From assembly GCF_000022265.1 (NCBI RefSeq), contig NC_011979.1, positions 3,210,001 to 3,242,000 on the forward strand: a stretch of DNA of 32,000 nt. Direction: 5' to 3'. This DNA is from Geotalea daltonii FRC-32 (GTDB lineage Bacteria > Desulfobacterota > Desulfuromonadia > Geobacterales > Geobacteraceae). The position numbers and the translations under genes are program-made. This document shows, one piece after another, positions 1-6,267 of the stretch (its first letter is position 1; each line of letters opens with the position of its first letter). Below the pieces are notes generated by a model that saw only the letters and a program-made list of their open reading frames with translations, did not search any database and was not told where the DNA came from.

Positions 1-295
1 CCAGAATAGCCATTTCGCCAAAGTATTCGCCCTTCTTGTGAATGGCGAGGATATGCTCCTTGCCATCTTCACTGGACTGGACGACCTTCACTTTGCCGGA
101 GGAAACGATGTACATATATCGCTGGGTATCCTCCTCCCAGAGAATGACATTGTTCCTGAAGAACTTTTTTTCTTCGATAATGCCCATCAGGGAAGAAAGT
201 TGATCATCCGTCAGTGAGGCAAAAATCGGGATGCTTCTCAGAAAGGCAAAGGTCTTAGCATTGTTGTTATTGCTGGCCGTATTGGATACCGTCAT
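1..295 (-). CDS. Crp/Fnr-family regulator, N-terminal cyclic-nucleotide-binding domain (5' part only; gene runs off the left edge)
   Basis: Absent from the ORF track because it is open at the window edge. Reverse-complement translation from the ATG at 295..293 gives MTVSNTASNNNNAKTFAFLRSIPIFASLTDDQLSSLMGIIEEKKFFRNNVILWEEDTQRYMYIVSSGKVKVVQSSEDGKEHILAIHKKGEYFGEMAIL, with no stop down to position 1. The pattern (IP.F..L.., YIV.SG.V.V, G.E..L, GE.FGEMA) is typical of a cNMP-binding beta-roll. The start overlaps the stop of the upstream activator gene by 29 nt. Confidence 0.75.
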   Translation of the reverse strand, partial: MTVSNTASNNNNAKTFAFLRSIPIFASLTDDQLSSLMGIIEEKKFFRNNVILWEEDTQRYMYIVSSGKVKVVQSSEDGKEHILAIHKKGEYFGEMAIL

Positions 296-1691
296 TTGTG
301 CCCTGCCTTTCGGGGTTTGGTGAAAGCCTGCTGAGGCTGTACTTTTTCATGAGGTCGTAAAGGGTCGGTCTGCTGACACCTAGAACTTCCGCCGCTTTAG
401 CTATATTGCCTTCCTGGCGGCCAAGGGCGGAGATGATCATTTCCCTTTCCAGCCTGTCTCTTGCGTCTTTCAAAGTCACACAGCCCATGGGCGGCATCAT
501 CAGCGGCATGCTGTTTTCAGTAAGCCCAAGATCAGCCGGCTCTATCAGTGGGGAATCGGACATGATCACCGCGCGCTGCACCCTGTTCTCCAGCTCTCGC
601 ACATTTCCGGGCCAGGTGTAGTTTTTCAGGATTTTCAAAGAAGAAGTACTGAAGCCTCTGGTCTTTTTGCAGAATTCCTCCGTCGCCCTTTTCAGGAAAA
701 GGTTTGCCAGCAGCATGATGTCGTCCCCCCGCTCCCGCAATGGGGGAAGATTTATGGTTATGACGGCAATCCTGTAGTACAGGTCTTCCCGGAACAATCC
801 TTCGCCGATTGCCTTGGCAATGTCCATGTTGGTTGCCGAAATTATTCTGGCATCAACGGCTATGTCTTCCCTTCCACCTACCCGCTGCAGAACCTTTTCC
901 TGAAGAAAACGGAGAAGCTTTACCTGGAGGTTACCCGGCAGTTCCCCTATTTCATCGAGAAACATGGTCCCCTTGTGGGCATATTCCGCCTTGCCGAGAA
1001 TCCTGGCATGGGCGCCGGTGAAAGCGCCACGTTCGGTGCCGAACATCTCGGATTCAAGGAGGTTTTCGGGGATTGCGCCGCAGTTTATGGGTACGAAAGG
1101 GCCGTTTTTCCTGAGGCTCATATTGTGCAGGGCCTTTGCCACCAGTTCCTTGCCGGTGCCGCTTTCACCTGTGATGAACACGGCTACATCCGATAAAGAT
1201 ACCTTTCTGATCATGGAAAACACCTGCAACATCTGCGGACTTTTGCCGATGATGCCACCGAAACCGCACCCCTTCTGTTCCAATACCGACTGCTGCCGTG
1301 CGTTGTCCTCTTCCATATCCAGCAGGTTAAAAGCCCTGTTGATGATCACCCTCAGTTCACTCATATGGATCGGTTTCCGACAGAAGCCATATGCGCCTGC
1401 CTGCACAGCCCTGAGCCCGATGTCACGGCGTTCGTGTTCGGTAATGACTATTACCCTGGTAGTGGGGGAATGACTGAGAATCTGCTCCAGACAGCGAAAA
1501 CCTTCGACTATTCCATTCTCGTCAGGAGACAGGCCGATACCCAGAGTAACTACTTTGGGACGATACCTGTAAAATAGAGCAATGGCTTCTTTACAGTCTC
1601 CTGCAAACATGACGTCATATTCTTTTCCAATTCCCCGTTTGAGCTGTTTGCATAACTCGCAGTTGTCTTCGATGATGAGGAGTTTGTTCAT
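267..1691 (-). CDS. prsR: Sigma-54-dependent transcriptional activator, NtrC family, PrsR-like (PEP-CTERM-box response regulator) with a degenerate receiver domain
   Basis: The ORF 267..1718 begins at a TTG. The ATG at 1691 (MNKLLIIED...) follows GGGAGAG and is the likelier start. AAA+ motifs are present: GESGTGKE (Walker A), GAFTGA (sigma-54 contact loop) and LFLDEIGEL (Walker B). A C-terminal Fis-type HTH is present (NIAKAAEVLGVSRPTLYDLMKKY). The receiver segment PKVVTLGIGLSPDENGIVEGFRCLEQIL...RVIVIT...GAYGFCRKPI closely follows the PrsR pattern VVTLDLGLPPD...EG...LEQIL...KVIVIT...GAYDF..KPI. Confidence 0.85.
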   Translation of the reverse strand: MNKLLIIEDNCELCKQLKRGIGKEYDVMFAGDCKEAIALFYRYRPKVVTLGIGLSPDENGIVEGFRCLEQILSHSPTTRVIVITEHERRDIGLRAVQAGAYGFCRKPIHMSELRVIINRAFNLLDMEEDNARQQSVLEQKGCGFGGIIGKSPQMLQVFSMIRKVSLSDVAVFITGESGTGKELVAKALHNMSLRKNGPFVPINCGAIPENLLESEMFGTERGAFTGAHARILGKAEYAHKGTMFLDEIGELPGNLQVKLLRFLQEKVLQRVGGREDIAVDARIISATNMDIAKAIGEGLFREDLYYRIAVITINLPPLRERGDDIMLLANLFLKRATEEFCKKTRGFSTSSLKILKNYTWPGNVRELENRVQRAVIMSDSPLIEPADLGLTENSMPLMMPPMGCVTLKDARDRLEREMIISALGRQEGNIAKAAEVLGVSRPTLYDLMKKYSLSRLSPNPERQGTNDGIQYGQQ

Positions 1692-1858
1692 CGTCTCTCC
1701 CGATGACTTGTTCGCCAACCTGCAGACCGCCCTTTTAAAACCAGACCTACAGCATCGCGCATTTAATTAAATAATAATAATATACTCCTATAGGATAATT
1801 TATTTACGGGAAAATTCAATGACAGCTGGAGATATTTGTAACGGTGCCGGCATAAATG

Positions 1859-1894
1859 AAAAAGGGTGCCGAGATTATCCCCGGCACCCTTTTT
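1859..1894 (-). terminator. Rho-independent terminator downstream of the Fn3-dockerin gene (bidirectional form)
   Basis: The sequence is aaaaaGGGTGCCGagattatcccCGGCACCCttttt. The 8-bp GC-rich stem pairs 1864..1871 with 1882..1889. An A-run and a T-run flank it, so a U-tract follows the hairpin on either strand. Confidence 0.7.
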
Positions 1895-1918
1895 AAGAAC
1901 ATTGCAATGTTTAGCTCA

Positions 1919-2497
1919 TTACCAGCTGACGAGCCCCACTGCCCGCTGCAGGATCAGGCGGGCATCGTTCAGATTAATCACACCATCCCCCTTGGGCTTG
2001 CCATTTGCGTCAAGCGGCCACACATCCCCGGCTGCTTTCATCGTCTGCGTCTGCAGTGCCGGCTTCAAACTGGCCTGCAAAATCACCAGCGCATCGGCAA
2101 TGTTGACGACTCCGTCGCCATTACCGTCACCAGCAGCTGCAGTATCCGGCACAGCAGGAGGAACTACTGCTGCATAGGCTTGTACCATGTTGGAAAAAGC
2201 GCTTTCATTCCCAGAAGCATCGTAAGCTGTCACTTCAAAAAAGTAGTCTTTCGCAGGATCAAGGCCGTTCAAGGTAAAGGTATCAAGATTCTTCACGTCA
2301 ACCGGCGATTTGCCCTGGACCGCATCTGAACCGTCGAAGGTTCCTGTGGATGAACCGGCTTTGTAATAAAGCTTGTAACCTGCCAGGTCAGGCTCAGTAT
2401 TACGGTCCCAGTTGAGTGTTACATCTTTGGCAAATACTTGTGCGCTTGCACCGAAACAGGAAACAGCCAAAAGCAACAGGCAAATGCTTTTTTTCAT
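1919..2497 (-). CDS. Small secreted protein: signal peptide + fibronectin type III domain + dockerin-like (two EF-hand-type Ca-binding repeats) domain
   Basis: Signal peptide is MKKSICLLLLAVSCFGASAQVFA. The Fn3 pattern is VTLNWDRNTEPDLAGYKLYY...DYFFEVTAYDASGNES. The two dockerin repeats are GDGNGDGVVNIADALVILQ and DANGKPKGDGVINLNDARLILQRAVG. The RBS is AAGGAGTAAtt-ATG. Confidence 0.75.
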   Translation of the reverse strand: MKKSICLLLLAVSCFGASAQVFAKDVTLNWDRNTEPDLAGYKLYYKAGSSTGTFDGSDAVQGKSPVDVKNLDTFTLNGLDPAKDYFFEVTAYDASGNESAFSNMVQAYAAVVPPAVPDTAAAGDGNGDGVVNIADALVILQASLKPALQTQTMKAAGDVWPLDANGKPKGDGVINLNDARLILQRAVGLVSW

Positions 2498-2558
2498 AAT
2501 TACTCCTTTTACTTTAACGGATTGAATCGCCGGATCGCCGGCTCTTGCCGATTTCCAG

Positions 2559-2578
2559 CACCTGCTTTTACAGGTGCA
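2559..2578. promoter_or_regulatory. Inverted repeat GCACCTG-N6-CAGGTGC, candidate enhancer-binding-protein (UAS) site
   Basis: The 7-bp perfect arms lie at 2559..2565 and 2572..2578. The GCACC/GGTGC half-sites resemble NtrC-type TGCACC...GGTGCA sites. The repeat lies about 200 bp upstream of the candidate sigma-54 promoter at 2776. Confidence 0.3.
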
Positions 2579-2623
2579 GCTCAGCTTGTGTTCCCTAACT
2601 TAGCCTCAAAGCTGAATCAGGTG

Positions 2624-2640
2624 TGTGACGAGAATCACCA
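2624..2640. promoter_or_regulatory. CRP/FNR-type box gTGTGAcgagaaTCACc upstream of the Fn3-dockerin gene
   Basis: It matches TGTGA-N6-TCAC(A). The same 17-mer, with one central substitution, recurs at 20317..20333 upstream of another minus-strand secreted-protein gene. Confidence 0.5.
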
Positions 2641-2712
2641 GCTTTGCAGGCTGTTGCAGGAATCAGCGGTACCGGGTTTCCGCCGGGTTGCCGCCAAAAA
2701 ATTCGGAACCTG

Positions 2713-2741
2713 TTGACAACGCCTTATTTTATGGAAATAAT
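2713..2741 (+). promoter_or_regulatory. Candidate sigma-70 promoter for the plus-strand operon
   Basis: TTGACA (2713..2718), a 17-nt spacer, then AATAAT (2736..2741). It sits in an AT-rich patch about 165 nt upstream of the asnB-like ATG. Confidence 0.5.
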
Positions 2742-2775
2742 TTAATAAATTTCGCTTAACGACAGCTCAAGCACC

Positions 2776-2791
2776 TGGTTCTGGCGCTGCT
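2776..2791 (+). promoter_or_regulatory. Candidate sigma-54 (-24/-12) promoter for the plus-strand operon
   Basis: TGGttctggcgcTGCt has the correct GG-N10-GC spacing (GG 2777..2778, GC 2789..2790). It matches TGGCAC-N5-TTGCW only partially. A sigma-54 activator gene is adjacent. Confidence 0.35.
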
Positions 2792-2905
2792 TACAAAACC
2801 TGCCCTATCCCGGTTCCTGCCGTTGATCGAGACGTCCCGACTAAATAGTGGAGGGGATGCAGAGGAAGACCCTGCGTCACCTTTTCCAGGAAAAGTGAGT
2901 ATTGA

Positions 2906-4876
2906 ATGTGTGGAATAGCGGGCATATGCAATCCGGGACGCTCACCTGAAGTTCTGGTCTCAAGGATGATCGCCGTCATGCGGCACCGGGGCCCCGATGC
3001 GTCGGGCATTTTCCTGGATGCCAACATGGCCATGGGGCATGCCCGCCTCAGCATCATCGACCTGGGGGGAGGCACTCAACCGATCTGTAATGAGGATGGG
3101 CGGCTCTGGATCGTATATAACGGCGAGATTTTCAATTATCCCGAACTGCGGGCGCTGCTTTTGAAAAAGGGGCATGTGTTTCGGACGGCGACCGATACGG
3201 AAGTGCTGGTGCATCTTTATGAAGAATATGGCCCCGATGCCCTGTCCATGGTCAATGGGCAGTTCGCCTTCGCCATATGGGATACCCGGAAGAAAGAACT
3301 CTTTCTGGCAAGGGACCGGGTTGGCATCAGGCCGCTCTTCTACACCCGGAATGACAACCAGCTTGTCTTTGCCTCGGAAATCAAAGCCATTTTTCAGGAC
3401 CCGGCCATAAAAAGGGAACTCGATCTTCAGGCACTGAAGCAGATCTTCACCTTTTGGACGACAGTCGGCGATAGAACTGCCTTTAAAAATGTCCACGAAT
3501 TGCGTCCCGGTCATTACATGGTCTTCAGAGACGGCAGGATAGTGGAAGAAAAGGCCTTCTGGAGTCTCCCCTTTTATCAAAAGGAAGAAAGGTGGCAGGG
3601 AACATTCGGAGAAGCCTGCGAAGAACTACGGGAGTTGCTCTTGGATGCAGTCAGGTTGAGACTGCGTGCCGATGTTCCGGTCGGAGCCTACCTGAGCGGT
3701 GGATTGGACTCTTCCATAATCACTTCCCTCATCTCAAGCAGGTTCGACAATAATTTAAGGACTTTTTCCGTCGGATTCGACGAAAGTCCCTTCGACGAAA
3801 CTCCTTTTCAGGATGAGATGGTCAGATTTCTGGGGACGGGCCATACGAACCGGCGAATAAAGAATACCGACATTCGGGATAACCTGCCGAAGGTGATCTG
3901 GCATTGCGAAAAGCCCCTGCTGAGAACTGCTCCTGTGCCCTTGTTCATACTCTCGAAGGTGGTCAGTGACAACAGCTTCAAGATCGTATTGACCGGTGAA
4001 GGTGCCGACGAAATCTTCGGCGGCTACAACATCTTCAAAGAGGCAAAGATTCGCCGATTCTGGGCAAACCAGCCGGAGTCAAGGGTGCGCCCTCTTCTTC
4101 TGGAAAAGCTTTACCCATACATTTTCCAGAACCCGGCCAGGGAAAGGACTTTTCTGCAGAAATTCTACGGGGTTGACGCCGCCGATTCGGAAGACCCTTT
4201 CTTCTCCCATGGCATCCGCTGGAAGAATACCGGCAGAAACGTCATGTTTTTTTCAGAGGATGTGACCACTGCCCTCAAAGGATATCAGCCCGTTCAGGAA
4301 CTGAAGGCGGCACTCCCCCTTGATTTTGACGGCCGGGATTGCCTGGCGAAGGCCCAGTACCTGGAGACGAGCATCTTCCTTTCCAACTACCTGCTTTCCT
4401 CCCAGGGAGACCGGGTAGCCATGGCAAATTCGGTGGAAATGAGGGTACCCTTTCTGGACTTCAGGGTCATCGATTTCGCCATGAGGCTCCCTCCCAAATG
4501 GAAGATCAGGGCCTTGAACGAAAAGTATATCCTGAAAAAAACCTTTGCCGGAAACCTGCCCCCCAGGATTACCAATCGTCCCAAGCACCCGTACCGGGCG
4601 CCGATACAGGATGTCTTCTTCCAGAACCTGCCCGGTTATGTCGATCACCTGGTGTCCGATCAGTATCTGAAGAAGACCGGCATCTTCGATCCCGGCAAGA
4701 CCGGCTTTCTGGTTGCCAAATTCAGAAAAAAACAGAAGCTGGGCGAAAGCGAGACGGAGAACATGGCCCTGACGGGAATTATCTCGACGCAACTCCTTTA
4801 CCAGCAGTTCATGGAAAATTTCCAAATTGCAGACATAACTAATTTTGAGGTGAATAAGATCATTCGACTCAATTAA
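2906..4876 (+). CDS. Asparagine synthase (glutamine-hydrolysing) family amidotransferase, exosortase/EPS-locus type
   Basis: N-terminal MCGIAG carries the Ntn Cys2 nucleophile. Also present are HRGPD, the YNGEI.N motif and the PP-loop YLSGGLDSS. The size is 656 aa. Confidence 0.9.
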   Translation: MCGIAGICNPGRSPEVLVSRMIAVMRHRGPDASGIFLDANMAMGHARLSIIDLGGGTQPICNEDGRLWIVYNGEIFNYPELRALLLKKGHVFRTATDTEVLVHLYEEYGPDALSMVNGQFAFAIWDTRKKELFLARDRVGIRPLFYTRNDNQLVFASEIKAIFQDPAIKRELDLQALKQIFTFWTTVGDRTAFKNVHELRPGHYMVFRDGRIVEEKAFWSLPFYQKEERWQGTFGEACEELRELLLDAVRLRLRADVPVGAYLSGGLDSSIITSLISSRFDNNLRTFSVGFDESPFDETPFQDEMVRFLGTGHTNRRIKNTDIRDNLPKVIWHCEKPLLRTAPVPLFILSKVVSDNSFKIVLTGEGADEIFGGYNIFKEAKIRRFWANQPESRVRPLLLEKLYPYIFQNPARERTFLQKFYGVDAADSEDPFFSHGIRWKNTGRNVMFFSEDVTTALKGYQPVQELKAALPLDFDGRDCLAKAQYLETSIFLSNYLLSSQGDRVAMANSVEMRVPFLDFRVIDFAMRLPPKWKIRALNEKYILKKTFAGNLPPRITNRPKHPYRAPIQDVFFQNLPGYVDHLVSDQYLKKTGIFDPGKTGFLVAKFRKKQKLGESETENMALTGIISTQLLYQQFMENFQIADITNFEVNKIIRLN

Positions 4877-4902
4877 TCCCATCTATCTGACTACTGGAGA
4901 CA

Positions 4903-5904
4903 ATGATGAGCCCACACGGCACCTTTTCCGCGGAATCATTGAAAACAGACGTTGAGTACGAAGCAGAGCGTATCTGCACAAAATTACGCACCATTCTCAA
5001 GGAAGATCTGAAAAGAAGAGGCATAGTCATCGGAGTTTCAGGGGGAATCGACAGCAGTGTGACAGCCGCCCTTGCTGTGAGAGCACTGGGCAGGGAACGG
5101 GTATATGCACTTGAGATGCCTGAGCGGCATTCGGCAGATGAAACAAAGACGCTGAGTTCAATGCTGATCGAGCACCTGGGAGTCGAGTCCCAGCATGTGA
5201 ATATTACCGGCATACTGGAAGCCGTGGGCTTCTACCAGCTTTACGATGATGCGGTGAGGATGGTAGTTCCCGAATACGGCAGAGGCTGGAAATCCAAGAT
5301 CGTCACATCCAGCGTCTTCGAGAACAACGGGTTCAACCTGCCATCGCTGGTGGCCCAGTCGGAGTCGGGTTGCACCATAAAGAAGCGTCTGCCGCTGACA
5401 CCCTATCTGCACATAGTTGCAGCCACAAACTACAAACAGCGCATTCGCAAGATGATTGAATATTATCATGCAGACCGTCTCCATTACGCCGTTGCCGGAA
5501 CCCCCAACCGCCTGGAGTATGACCAGGGCTTCTTCGTAAAACTCGGGGACGGTGCTGCCGATATCAAACCCATTGCCCATCTGTACAAGTCTCAGGTCTA
5601 CCAGTTGGCTGGATACCTTGGAATTCCGGAGGAAATCAGAAAAAGACCTCCGACGACAGACACCTATTCCCTTTCACAGCAGCAGGATGAGTTCTATTTT
5701 TCGCTCCCTTACCAGTCCATGGATCTGTGCCTGATGGGCAAGAACAAAAGCGTTCCACCGGAAGAACTGGCAGCGCTGCTCGATTTCAATGTGGAGCAGA
5801 TACAGAAGACTTACAACGAAATTGACAACAAGCGCAGCACCACCAGATATCTTCATCTCCCCCCACTGCTGGTCCAGGAAGTGCCAGAAGTGTCGGTAAA
5901 GTGA
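4903..5904 (+). CDS. NAD+ synthetase (NadE)-like N-type ATP pyrophosphatase
   Basis: The PP-loop is VIGVSGGIDSSVTAALAVRALG. NadE-like segments follow: YKQRIRKMIEYY, AGTPNRLEYDQGFFVKLGDGAADIKPIAHLYKSQVYQLAGYLGIPEEI. Confidence 0.7.
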   Translation: MMSPHGTFSAESLKTDVEYEAERICTKLRTILKEDLKRRGIVIGVSGGIDSSVTAALAVRALGRERVYALEMPERHSADETKTLSSMLIEHLGVESQHVNITGILEAVGFYQLYDDAVRMVVPEYGRGWKSKIVTSSVFENNGFNLPSLVAQSESGCTIKKRLPLTPYLHIVAATNYKQRIRKMIEYYHADRLHYAVAGTPNRLEYDQGFFVKLGDGAADIKPIAHLYKSQVYQLAGYLGIPEEIRKRPPTTDTYSLSQQQDEFYFSLPYQSMDLCLMGKNKSVPPEELAALLDFNVEQIQKTYNEIDNKRSTTRYLHLPPLLVQEVPEVSVK

Positions 5905-5946
5905 CAATGCCGGTAAAGCGAATATATTTCAGGAAAGGTGAAAACA

Positions 5947-6234
5947 ATGAAAGAGACAAAAGAAACAATCAGGAAATACATCGTGGAGAACTTTCTCTTC
6001 GGCGAGGATGAAGGTCTGAAAGATGACACTTCGCTCCTGGAAAAGAAAATCATAGATTCCACCGGTATTCTGGAACTTGTGGCGTTTCTCGAAAAAGAAT
6101 TTTCCATCCGCATCAGGGACGACGAGCTCGTCCCGGAGAATCTCGATTCCATCGACAACATGCAACATTATCTGTCGGGAAAAAAAACTCCGTCTGCAGA
6201 CTGCTGTAGCGCAGGCACATGGGTTTCCATCTGA
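5947..6234 (+). CDS. Acyl carrier protein (phosphopantetheine-binding)
   Basis: The phosphopantetheine attachment motif is IIDSTGILELVAFLEKEF (Ser38 counted from the ATG at 5947). The ORF track opens at a GTG at 5938. The ATG at 5947 follows AGGAAAGG. Confidence 0.8.
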   Translation: MKETKETIRKYIVENFLFGEDEGLKDDTSLLEKKIIDSTGILELVAFLEKEFSIRIRDDELVPENLDSIDNMQHYLSGKKTPSADCCSAGTWVSI

Positions 6235-6267
6235 CCTGACCATTTCGCCCGATAAAGGAGTGAGATA

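Noticed and set aside
406-1770. Plus-strand ORFs of 62 to 169 aa opposite the sigma-54 activator gene
   Set aside because: They are antisense to a gene with complete AAA+/GAFTGA/HTH architecture. No motifs were found and no plausible starts.
2791-3075. A 94-aa minus-strand ORF spanning the promoter region and the 5' end of the asnB-like gene
   Set aside because: It overlaps the MCGIAG start region in antisense. It has no RBS, and no recognisable motif was seen in its translation.
2960-4882. Minus-strand ORFs of 206 aa (2960..3580) and 209 aa (4253..4882), plus several plus-strand out-of-frame ORFs inside the asnB-like gene
   Set aside because: They are fully embedded in a gene with unambiguous AsnB motifs. 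Their translations are low-complexity and Arg/Gly/Pro-rich with no recognisable domains.
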